From positions 121,016 to 185,015 of the forward strand of contig NZ_MKVV01000024.1 in NCBI RefSeq assembly GCF_001899645.1: a stretch of DNA of 64,000 nucleotides, written 5' to 3'. The position numbers and the translations under genes are program-made. Below the pieces are notes generated by a model that ran no database searches, had not been told where the DNA came from, and worked only from the letters and a program-made list of their open reading frames with translations. This document shows, piece by piece, positions 53,291 through 64,000 of the stretch (positions within the stretch are counted from its first letter, which is position 1; each line of letters begins with the position of its first letter). Source of the DNA: Pseudonocardia sp. 73-21. Lineage in GTDB: Bacteria > Actinomycetota > Actinomycetes > Mycobacteriales > Pseudonocardiaceae.

Positions 53291-54673
53291 GTGACCACGC
53301 CCGGCCCTGATCAACCCACCCGTCCGAACCGGGCGAAACGGGAGCAACAGCCCACCGCCGCGATCGCCGCAGGCCCGGACGCCCCCACGCGGGCGATCCC
53401 GGGCCTGCGCCGGTTCTCCGGAGCGGTGCGGGGTGCACTGGCCGACACCCGGCCGCTGCAGACCCCGGCCTACCGGCGGCTGTGGCTCGCCGGCGTCGTC
53501 ACGGTGATCGGCGCGCAGCTCTCGGTCGTGGCCGTGCCGCTGCAGATCTACACCCTCACGGGCTCGTCGGCCTACGTCGGGCTGACCGGCCTGTTCGGGC
53601 TCGTCCCGTTGATCGTGTTCGGGTTGTGGGGCGGGGCGATCGCCGACGCGGTCGACCGGCGGGTGCTGCTGCTGGTCACCGGGGGAGCGATCGCGGCGAG
53701 CTCGCTGTCCCTGTGGGTCACGGCCGCCAGCGGCACCGGCAACGTGTGGGTGATCCTCGTCCTGTTCGCGGTGCAGACGGCGCTGCTGGCGATCAACCAG
53801 CCCACCCGCAGTGCGGTCATCCCACGGCTGCTGCCCGCCGACCAGCTCCCCGCCGCGAACGCGCTCAACATGACCGTCGCGCAGGTCGGGGCGATCGCCG
53901 GCCCGCTGCTGGCCGGGGTGCTGATCCCGTTCATCGGGCTCTCCACGCTCTACCTGATCGACGCGATCTTCCTGCTCGCCACGCTGTGGGCCACGTGGAG
54001 GCTGCCGGTGATGCCGCCGGAGGCGGGGGTGGCGCGCAAGGCCGGCATCCGCGAGATCGTCGACGGCTTCCGCTACGTGGCGCTGCACAAGGTGCTGCTG
54101 GTGTCGTTCCTCATCGACGTCGTCGCGATGGGGTTCGGGATGCCGCGGGTGCTGTTCCCGGAGATGGCGGAGAAGACCTTCGGCGACCCGCCCGGAGGTG
54201 GCCCCGCGATCGGGCTCCTCTACGCCGCGATCCCGATCGGCATGGTCGTCGCCGGGCTGCTCTCGGGCTGGCTGCAACGGGTCCGGCGCCAGGGCGTGGC
54301 CGTCGCGTGCGCGATCGGGGTGTGGGGGCTGGGCATCGCCCTGTTCGGGCTGACGGGCTCGCTGTGGCTCGCGGTGGCGGCACTGGCGATCGCGGGGGCC
54401 GGCGACCTGGTCAGCTCCGTGTACCGCTCGTCGATGCTGCAGACCGTCGCCACCGACGAGATGCGCGGACGGATGCAGGGCGTGTTCATGGTGGTCGTCG
54501 CAGGCGGGCCGCGGATGGCGGACCTGTGGCACGGCGGCGCGTCGGTCTGGACCGGTCCCGGCCTCACCGCCACGGTCGGCGGGATCGCCGTCATCGTCGT
54601 CGCGACGCTGGTGGTGGCCCGCTTCCCGGAGTTCTGGCGCTATCGCGGGCCGGTGGCCGACGACCGTCCGTGA
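53291..54673 (+). CDS. MFS transporter (EntS/DHA3-like)
   Basis: DTRPLQTPAYRRLW, GGAIADAVDRR and DEMRGRMQG; about 12 TM segments. Confidence 0.9.
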   Translation: MTTPGPDQPTRPNRAKREQQPTAAIAAGPDAPTRAIPGLRRFSGAVRGALADTRPLQTPAYRRLWLAGVVTVIGAQLSVVAVPLQIYTLTGSSAYVGLTGLFGLVPLIVFGLWGGAIADAVDRRVLLLVTGGAIAASSLSLWVTAASGTGNVWVILVLFAVQTALLAINQPTRSAVIPRLLPADQLPAANALNMTVAQVGAIAGPLLAGVLIPFIGLSTLYLIDAIFLLATLWATWRLPVMPPEAGVARKAGIREIVDGFRYVALHKVLLVSFLIDVVAMGFGMPRVLFPEMAEKTFGDPPGGGPAIGLLYAAIPIGMVVAGLLSGWLQRVRRQGVAVACAIGVWGLGIALFGLTGSLWLAVAALAIAGAGDLVSSVYRSSMLQTVATDEMRGRMQGVFMVVVAGGPRMADLWHGGASVWTGPGLTATVGGIAVIVVATLVVARFPEFWRYRGPVADDRP

Positions 54674-54777
54674 TTCGCTTTCGCCCTACGTCACACGCTC
54701 TGCACAGCACAACGACGCCCGGTAGCACTAGCGTTGGGTACAACAACGAAGAGATCTGAGTGTGAGGGAACCTCCAC

Positions 54778-56079
<1,302 letters not shown>

Positions 56080-56103
56080 AGACGGCGCCTGCCACACCCG
56101 TGA

Positions 56104-56160
56104 TCGACGAACGGGGACCAGGAACCGTGTGTGAGGCGGTTCCCGGTCCCCGTTCGTCGA
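56104..56160 (+). terminator. Long hairpin after gltA
   Basis: TCGACGAACGGGGACC(A)GGAACCG / CGGTTCC(C)GGTCCCCGTTCGTCGA. Confidence 0.75.
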
Positions 56161-56248
56161 TCTCCGGTGTGCATCCCCGGCCCGCCGGATCCGCGTCGGC
56201 CGGTGGTGGCCGGGCGGGGTGTGGGCGCGGCCGCTAGCGTCGAGTTCC

Positions 56249-57610
56249 ATGAGCGCCAACGCCGTCGTCTGGTTCCGGCGGGACCTGCGGGTCCGCGACC
56301 AGCCCACCTTCCTGGCCGCCGCGCCCCGGGCGCTGGCGCTGTTCGTGCTCGATCCCGCCCTCCTCGGCCCGTCGGGCGCGGCCCGCAGCACGTTCCTGTT
56401 CCGCTCGCTGCGGGCCCTCGACGCGTCGCTGCGCGGGAAGCTGCAGGTCGTGACGGGCGACCCGGCCGAGGTCGTGCCCCGCATCGCCGCCGCCGTGGAC
56501 GCCGCGGCCGTGCACGTCGCCGCCGACTACGGCCCCTACGGTCGCATCCGTGACGAGGCCGTCGAGAAGACGCTCGTCGAGGACGGCAGGGAGCTGGTGC
56601 GCACGGGATCGCCCTACGCCGTGGCGCCGGGGCGGGTCCGCAAGCCCGACGGCGACCCGTACAAGGTCTTCACCCCGTTCCGCCGGGCGTGGGCGGAGCA
56701 CGGCTGGCGCAAGCCGGCCGACACCGACGCGTCCACCGTCGAGTGGCTCGACCCGGTCGAGAAGAGCGTGATCCCCGACGACGTGGACATCGACGCGGAG
56801 CTGCCCGAGGCGGGCGAGGACGCGGCGCTCGCGCGGTGGCAGGAGTTCCTCGACGGGGCGGTGGGGGAGTACCAGGACGGCCGCGACCGGCCGGACAAGC
56901 CGGGCACCTCGCGCATGTCCCCGTACCTCAAGTACGGGCTCATCCATCCGCGCACGATGCTCGCCGACCTCGCGTCGAAGCGGTCGGAGTCGGCCCAGAC
57001 CTACACCACCGAGATCGCGTGGCGGGAGTTCTACGCCGACATCCTCTTCCAGCGCCCCGACTCCGCTCGCGAGAACTACGACCGCTCCTTCGACGCCCTG
57101 CCGCTCGCGTCCGGGGCGGCCGCCCGGGTCGCGTTCGACGCGTGGTGCGAGGGCCGCACCGGCTTCCCGATCGTCGACGCCGGGATGCGGCAGCTGCGTG
57201 AGCAGGCGTGGATGCACAACCGGGTGCGGATGATCGTCGCGAGCTTTCTCGTGAAGGACCTGCACCTGCCGTGGTGGTGGGGAGCGCGGCACTTCATGCG
57301 CCTGCTCGTGGACGGCGACCTGGCCTCCAATCAGCACGGATGGCAGTGGACCGCGGGCAGCGGCACCGACGCGTCGCCCTACTTCCGGGTGTTCAACCCG
57401 ATCACGCAGGGGGAGAAGTTCGACCCCGACGGCGACTACGTCCGGAAGTTCGTGCCCGAGCTGCGCGGCGTGCCGGGCAAGGCCGTGCACCAGCCGTGGG
57501 CGCTGCCCGGAGGCCTGCCCGAGGGGTATCCGGAGCCCATGGTCGACCACAAGGCCGAGCGCCTCGACGCCCTCGCCCGCTACGAACAGGTGAAGGCCGC
57601 CCGGGGGTGA
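56249..57610 (+). CDS. phrB: Deoxyribodipyrimidine photolyase (class I)
   Basis: VVWFRRDLRV, TSRMSPYLKYG, WREFY, GRTGFPIVDAGMRQL, WMHNRVRMIVASFL and FRVFNP. Confidence 0.93.
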   Translation: MSANAVVWFRRDLRVRDQPTFLAAAPRALALFVLDPALLGPSGAARSTFLFRSLRALDASLRGKLQVVTGDPAEVVPRIAAAVDAAAVHVAADYGPYGRIRDEAVEKTLVEDGRELVRTGSPYAVAPGRVRKPDGDPYKVFTPFRRAWAEHGWRKPADTDASTVEWLDPVEKSVIPDDVDIDAELPEAGEDAALARWQEFLDGAVGEYQDGRDRPDKPGTSRMSPYLKYGLIHPRTMLADLASKRSESAQTYTTEIAWREFYADILFQRPDSARENYDRSFDALPLASGAAARVAFDAWCEGRTGFPIVDAGMRQLREQAWMHNRVRMIVASFLVKDLHLPWWWGARHFMRLLVDGDLASNQHGWQWTAGSGTDASPYFRVFNPITQGEKFDPDGDYVRKFVPELRGVPGKAVHQPWALPGGLPEGYPEPMVDHKAERLDALARYEQVKAARG

Positions 57611-57667
57611 TTCGCCCGTACGGGGGTACGCCATAATCGAGGAACCGCACGACTGAGGGGTGGTCCG

Positions 57668-58819
<1,152 letters not shown>

Positions 58820-58921
58820 GGCCCGTTCCCGAACCTCCATGATCAGCGCCTCGGCGCGGAAACGGCCAGATCCGGCCGGGAACGCGCCGAACTCCCGCTC
58901 ACGGACGAGGCGGCGCCGGCC

Positions 58922-60103
58922 TCAGCCCCGCAGGGCCTCCCGCAGGCTCACCCGCGAACCGGTCCGCAGGATCGAGTTCCGGTACACCCGCCCGGCCAGC
59001 CGCACCACCACGGCGATCGCGACGAGGGTGATGAGCGCCGAGACGCCCACCTCCCAGAGCGGGGCGACGCCGAGCGCGTACCGCGCGGGCATCACCGTCT
59101 GGGCGAAGAACGGGACGAACGACAGGACGGCGGCCAGCTCGTTGCGGGGGTCGTTGGGCAGCAGGTTCACCGTCAGCACGAACGGGATGATGAGCAGGAA
59201 GATCATCGGCGCGATCACCGGGCCGAGTTCCTCCTGGCGCGAGACGGTGGAGCCGATGCCCGCGTAGAGCGAGGCGAAGAGGAAGAAGCCGAGCAGGTAC
59301 CAGACGATCACCATCACGAACATGCTGACGGCGGCGCCGGGCACCGTGAGCAGCCCGGTGACCCCTGCGCCCACCACGCCGATCACCCCGAGGATCACCA
59401 GCTGCAGCAGACCGACGGTGCCCAGCCCGAGGATCTTCCCGGCGAGCAGCTGCCAGGGTTTCATCGTGGCGAGCAGCAGCTCCACCACGCGGCTCTGCTT
59501 CTCCTCCACCACGCCGGTGGCCACGAGCTGGCCGTGGGCGCTGAACGAGAAGAACAGCAGGAACGAGCCGACCAGCGCCAGCGCGAGCTGCTGCCCGCGG
59601 TCGGGATCGGCGGGCTCCAGGGTGGTCGTGGCCACCTGCGACTGCCGGCTCAGGGCCACGGGATCGACGCCCGCGCCGGCCAGGGCGGCGCGGAGCTGCT
59701 GCTGCTGCACGGCGGTGGAGACGATGGACTGGACCGTGCTGTCGACGGTGTCGCGGCCGAGCAGCTGGTAGTCGCCGGGGACTCCGGTGAGCAGGGCGTC
59801 GAGGTCGTCGTTGGCCACCTGGGCCCGGCCCGTGCCCTCGTCGACGGTGCTGATCCGCAGCTCGACGTCCTGGGTGGTCGCGGCCTGCGCCAGCGCGGGC
59901 TGCAGGGAAGCGGTCCGGGTGGTGAGCCCGAGCGTCTTGTTCGACGACTGGCTCGCGACGAAGCCGCCCAGCAGTGCGACCCCGGCGATCAGCACGATCG
60001 TGATGACGAGTCCGATCACGAAGCTGCGCGACCGAACCTGGGCGGTGAACTCGCGGCGGGCGACCAGCAGCACGGCCTGGCGGGAGGTCAGCGGGGCGCT
60101 CAT
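58922..60103 (-). CDS. ABC-2 transporter permease (NatB-like)
   Basis: LVARREF, GVVEEKQSRVVELLL and AGKILG; 6 TM segments. Confidence 0.92.
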   Translation of the reverse strand: MSAPLTSRQAVLLVARREFTAQVRSRSFVIGLVITIVLIAGVALLGGFVASQSSNKTLGLTTRTASLQPALAQAATTQDVELRISTVDEGTGRAQVANDDLDALLTGVPGDYQLLGRDTVDSTVQSIVSTAVQQQQLRAALAGAGVDPVALSRQSQVATTTLEPADPDRGQQLALALVGSFLLFFSFSAHGQLVATGVVEEKQSRVVELLLATMKPWQLLAGKILGLGTVGLLQLVILGVIGVVGAGVTGLLTVPGAAVSMFVMVIVWYLLGFFLFASLYAGIGSTVSRQEELGPVIAPMIFLLIIPFVLTVNLLPNDPRNELAAVLSFVPFFAQTVMPARYALGVAPLWEVGVSALITLVAIAVVVRLAGRVYRNSILRTGSRVSLREALRG

Positions 60104-61023
60104 GCGGCCTTCTCCTCCTTCGCCATGTCGCGCACGACGTCGCGGTAGAGCTCGGTCAGCGGGGGCCGGAAACGGCGGAACTCGTGTACGGGGCCGGCGG
60201 CCACCGCCGCGCGCAGCACGTCCTGGTCGTCGACGCCGTCGGTAAGCCGCAGCCGGGTACGCGCGCCGTCGACCGACACCACCTCGACGCCGGGCACGCC
60301 GTCCGCCCAGCCGGCGGGTGGGCCGTCGACGTCGAGGACGACGCCCCTGTCATGACCGGCGCTGTCGCGGGTGCGCAGCTCCTCCACGGTGCCGACGGCC
60401 ACCATCCGGCCGGCGGCGATGATGCCGATGCGGTCGCACAGCCGTTCCACCAGCTCCAGCTGGTGGCTTGAGAAGATCACCGGCACGCCCTCGGCCGCCT
60501 TCTCGCGCAGCACCCCGCTCATCACCTCGACGGCGGTGGGGTCGAGACCGGAGAACGGCTCGTCGAGCACGAGGACCTCCGGGTCGTGCACCAGCGCGGC
60601 GCACAGCTGCACGCGCTGCTGGTTGCCCAGTGACAGCTTCTGCACCTCGTCGCCGATCCGGTTCTCGATGCCCAGACGCCCGGTCCAGCGCGTGACCGAC
60701 GCGGCGGCCTCGGCCTCGCCGAGCCCGTGCAGGCGCGCGAGGTAGCGCAGCTGGTCGCCGACCTTCATCTTCGGGTACAGGCCGCGCTCCTCGGGCATGT
60801 AACCGATGCGACGGCGCACCTCGGCGTCCACCGGCTCGGCGCGCCACCGCACCTCGCCGGCGTCGGCCGAGAGCACGCCGAGCACGATGCGCATGGTGGT
60901 GGTCTTGCCCGCCCCGTTGCTGCCGACGAACCCGAAGACCTCGCCCGGCTGCACCGAGAACGAGACCCCGTCGAGTGCCTGGAGGGTGCCGAAACGCTTG
61001 GAAATCCCCCCGATGTCCAACAT
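60100..61023 (-). CDS. ABC transporter ATP-binding protein (NatA-like)
   Basis: GSNGAGKTT, LSLGNQQR and VLDEPFSGLDP; ATGA overlap with the permease. Confidence 0.94.
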   Translation of the reverse strand: MLDIGGISKRFGTLQALDGVSFSVQPGEVFGFVGSNGAGKTTTMRIVLGVLSADAGEVRWRAEPVDAEVRRRIGYMPEERGLYPKMKVGDQLRYLARLHGLGEAEAAASVTRWTGRLGIENRIGDEVQKLSLGNQQRVQLCAALVHDPEVLVLDEPFSGLDPTAVEVMSGVLREKAAEGVPVIFSSHQLELVERLCDRIGIIAAGRMVAVGTVEELRTRDSAGHDRGVVLDVDGPPAGWADGVPGVEVVSVDGARTRLRLTDGVDDQDVLRAAVAAGPVHEFRRFRPPLTELYRDVVRDMAKEEKAA

Positions 61024-61098
61024 GTGGACGACACTAGTGGGATCCCGCGTCACGGTCCCGACACCGGACCGTGACCCGGCCTGGCGAGACTCCCGCAG

Positions 61099-62910
61099 GT
61101 GGACAGCGGACGATCAGGGCATGTCGTGGTGTGCGGGGTGGACGGGGCCGCCCTGCGGACGGTCGAGCAGCTGCGGGCGGCCGGGGCCGAGGTGGTGGTG
61201 GTCGACCCCTCCGGCCGCGCCGACACGGCCGCCGACCGGCTGCTGGTGCAGTGGAAGGTGCCGCGCATCGAGGGCCGGGTGCGGGAGGCGCTGTTCGACG
61301 CCGGGCTCGAGGGTGCCGCCGCGGTCGTCTGCCTGCTCGGCGACGACCTGCGGGCGATGGAGACGGCGCTGCTGGTCCGCCGCATGCGCCCCGACGTCCG
61401 GCTCGTCGTCCGGATGGGCAACGGCGGCGTGGGACGGGCCCTGGCCGAGGTGACGGGCGAGGGCAGCGTGCTCGACGTGGCCGCGCTCGCCGCCCCGTCG
61501 GTGGTGGAGGCCTGCCTGGGCACGCGGACGCACGCCATCGAGCTGGCCGGCCGGCCGTTCCTCGTCGCGGAGCTGGTGGCGGGCAGCACCGCGACGCTGC
61601 GCGAGCTCTACGGCGAGCTGGCCCCGCTGGCCGTCGCGGGCGGGGAGGAGCCGGTGGTGTGCCCGGGCCGCGACCACCGGGTGCATGTGGGCGACCGGGT
61701 CACCGTCGTGGGCACCCCCGAGCAGTTCGGGACGCTCGGAGTGGTGGACGTGCTGCGCCCGCAGGCCCCGGTCCGCCGTGCGGCGGGAGCCCGCCAGGCG
61801 GGGGCGGAACGCGCGGCCGAGCGTGCCGAGCGGGGCGGTCGGGCGGGGCTGCGGTCGTTGCTCCGGTCCCTGGTCGCCGAGGCCGACCGTCCGCTGCGGG
61901 TGACGCTCGCCGTGCTGGCCATCGCGATCCTCGTGTCGATCGTGGTGCTGCGGATCGGCTACGTGAAGGACGACGGCTCCCACATGAGCGTCGTCGACGC
62001 CGTCTACTTCACCGTGGAGACGATCGCGACCGTCGGCTACGGGGACTTCTCCTTCGCGCTGCAGCCGACCTGGCTGCGGATCTGGGCGATCGGCCTGATG
62101 GGCGGCGGCGCCATCCTCACGGCGATCATCTTCTCGCTGGTCACGCAGCTGCTGGTCAGCCGGCGTCTGGAGCAGTCGTTCGGGCGCCGCCGGGTCGGGT
62201 CGATGCGTGGGCACGTGATCGTGGTCGGGCTGGGGTCGGTGGCGCTCGAGGTGGTGGAGGGTCTCGTCGCGGCGGGGCGGCGGGTGGTCGTCGTCGACCG
62301 GGACGAGGCGGGGCGCCACCACGGCCGGGCCCGGGCCCTGGACGTGCCCGTGGTGGTCGGCAACGCCACCGACGTCGGGGTGCTCTCCGCCGCGAACCTC
62401 GACGCCGCCACCGCGGTGGCCGTGCTGACCAGCGACGATCTCGTCAACATCGAGACCGGTCTCGTCGTGCGGGACCTGCTCCGCGAGCGCTGGGAGCAGG
62501 TGGCCGTGGTGCTGCGGGTGTTCGACCGGGAGCTCGCGGCCGGCGTCGAGGACGGCTTCGGCTTCCGCCACGTGCGGTCCACGGCGGCGCTCGCGGCGCC
62601 CTGGTTCGTCGGTGCGGCGCTGGGCCTCGACGTGCTGGCCACGTTCTACGTCGACCGCGTCCCGTTCCTGGTCGGGCGGTTGTCGGTCGGCGCGGGCGGC
62701 GGGCTGGACGGCCTCGCGATGGGGGAGCTGTCGGAACGCACCCGGGTGGTGGCGATCCACCGCGCGGGCGCCCCCGACGGGGAGCTCGAGTACCCGCCAC
62801 GGCGGGGCACCCGGTTCGCCGCCGCCGACGAGGCCTATCTCGTCGGCCCGTACGAGGAGCTGATCGACGTGCTGCGCCGCGACGGGCCGGCGGTACCGTC
62901 CGGGGCATGA
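61099..62910 (+). CDS. Potassium channel with RCK (TrkA-N/C) domains on both sides
   Basis: N-terminal HVVVCG RCK; pore TIATVGYGDF; second RCK HVIVVGLGSV. Confidence 0.9.
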   Translation: MDSGRSGHVVVCGVDGAALRTVEQLRAAGAEVVVVDPSGRADTAADRLLVQWKVPRIEGRVREALFDAGLEGAAAVVCLLGDDLRAMETALLVRRMRPDVRLVVRMGNGGVGRALAEVTGEGSVLDVAALAAPSVVEACLGTRTHAIELAGRPFLVAELVAGSTATLRELYGELAPLAVAGGEEPVVCPGRDHRVHVGDRVTVVGTPEQFGTLGVVDVLRPQAPVRRAAGARQAGAERAAERAERGGRAGLRSLLRSLVAEADRPLRVTLAVLAIAILVSIVVLRIGYVKDDGSHMSVVDAVYFTVETIATVGYGDFSFALQPTWLRIWAIGLMGGGAILTAIIFSLVTQLLVSRRLEQSFGRRRVGSMRGHVIVVGLGSVALEVVEGLVAAGRRVVVVDRDEAGRHHGRARALDVPVVVGNATDVGVLSAANLDAATAVAVLTSDDLVNIETGLVVRDLLRERWEQVAVVLRVFDRELAAGVEDGFGFRHVRSTAALAAPWFVGAALGLDVLATFYVDRVPFLVGRLSVGAGGGLDGLAMGELSERTRVVAIHRAGAPDGELEYPPRRGTRFAAADEAYLVGPYEELIDVLRRDGPAVPSGA

Positions 62911-63479
62911 GCTGGCCGGTCCTCCACTCGCCCCCGCGACGATGGGTCCGGGGCTGGCGGGTGGGAGTGGCCGTCGTGGTGGCCGCGGGCCTGGTGATCG
63001 TGGGGCGGCACGTCCTGCTGGGTGGGCTCTCCGCGTGGGGCTGGGTGCTCGTGGTGGCCGGCGCGCTGTACGTCGCGCGGGCCGCGGTCCTGGTCTGGCG
63101 CCGTGCCGCCCGGCCGCGGCTGAGCCGGGCCGACGCCCGCACGCTCAACCCCGCCGAGGGTGCGCGGGAGCGCGAGGAGCTCGACAAGAAGATGCGGCTG
63201 GCGGTCAGGGAGCGCACGCCGCTCCCGCCGGAGCTGCACCGCACGGCGGCCCTGGCGGTGGCCCACTCGTCGCGGACCCAGCCCTGGTACCCGGCGGTCG
63301 TCGGGCTGTTCGGCCTGCTGGTGATCGCCGTCGCGGGCCCCGGGAGCGCGGTGACCGACCCGTTCAACCTCGTGGTCTACGCGTTCACCGCCGCCTGCTA
63401 CCTGCCGCTCTTCACCGACGAGCACCGGATCCGGCGCGCCGCCGAGGCCGCGGGAGCCGTCCCGTCCGGGATGCCGTGA
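62907..63479 (+). CDS. Hypothetical membrane protein (about 4 TM)
   Basis: ATGA overlap with the channel gene; two pairs of hydrophobic segments. Confidence 0.6.
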   Translation: MSWPVLHSPPRRWVRGWRVGVAVVVAAGLVIVGRHVLLGGLSAWGWVLVVAGALYVARAAVLVWRRAARPRLSRADARTLNPAEGAREREELDKKMRLAVRERTPLPPELHRTAALAVAHSSRTQPWYPAVVGLFGLLVIAVAGPGSAVTDPFNLVVYAFTAACYLPLFTDEHRIRRAAEAAGAVPSGMP

Positions 63480-63619
63480 CCGCTCGGTGAGCGGCGGGTG
63501 CCGGCCCGATCGGACGCCCGACCTGAGGATCCCGGCCCGCGAACGGCCCGACGACGATCCGGCGGAGGCCCGACCGCCGCCACGTCCGCCGCCGACGCCG
63601 CCACCCCGTCGACCGGAAC

Positions 63620-63731
63620 CGCTCAGGCGCCGGACCCGGGGGTGGAGATGCCGTAGCCGCGGATCGATGCGACCCCGAGGTGGGTCGCTCAGGCGCCGGA
63701 CTCGGGGGTGGAGATGCCGTAGCCGCGGATC
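63620..63731. repeat. 46-bp direct repeat duplicating the 3' end of the downstream activator gene, with a hairpin in the spacer
   Basis: 63620-63665 and 63686-63731 differ by one base; GCGACCC/GGGTCGC hairpin at 63669-63688. Confidence 0.88.
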
Positions 63732-64000
63732 TTCCGATAGATGGTCGCCCGGGACATGCCCAGGTGGCGGGCGGCCTCGGCCTTGTTGCCGTTGTTGTCC
63801 AGCAGCGCGTCGACGATGGCGTCGCACTCGATGGCCTCGAGCGGGGTCAGCACGCGGCGCGTGATGGCGCGGGTCTCCGGCGGCAGGTCCGACGGCTGCA
63901 GGACGCCCGCCCGGCGACGGGCGACGGTCTTGCGCAGCACCTGGTAGAGCTGCTCCACGTTGCCCGGCCAGCGGTTGCGCATCAGCACGCGCATCGCCTC
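63689..64000 (-). CDS. Fis-type HTH enhancer-binding-like activator, C-terminal part (runs off the right edge)
   Basis: RWPGNVEQL and GNKAEAARHLGMSRATIYRKIRGYG. Confidence 0.9.
   Translation of the reverse strand, partial: EAMRVLMRNRWPGNVEQLYQVLRKTVARRRAGVLQPSDLPPETRAITRRVLTPLEAIECDAIVDALLDNNGNKAEAARHLGMSRATIYRKIRGYGISTPESGA

Overview
A 64 kb window from a very GC-rich actinobacterium. Gene content and order suggest Pseudonocardiaceae, probably Pseudonocardia; this is inference from family resemblance, not a database hit. The backbone is conserved: hrpA, tRNA-Glu/Asp/Phe, cspA, the DUF445-XRE-hbhA-DUF2516-YbaK block, lon, purU-DUF2505-murB-L,D-transpeptidase, TrmH-DUF2537-sepH-serC, citA-pdxH-MFS-gltA and a photolyase. 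Accessory transport and regulatory genes are interspersed. Three things stand out. (1) Two tandem ~107-nt structured RNA elements (1607-1856, minus strand) show compensatory base changes, YNCG and GNRA tetraloops and an invariant 9-nt bulge; they sit directly upstream of an unknown 86-aa beta-rich protein and hrpA. (2) A tightly coupled six-gene minus-strand operon (36.3-42.2 kb) encodes TcpC-like, MinD-like, transglycosylase/peptidase and NTF2-like proteins plus two GH16 hydrolases, with no other conjugation genes in view. (3) At least five accessory genes carry internal deletions while core genes are intact. Several operators are visible (TetR, MarR, XRE, HspR/HAIR, IdeR-like, CsoR-like), plus an orphan mftR and many VNTRs. 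No CRISPR array, rRNA, transposase or integrase was seen. All family calls come from motif recognition by eye.
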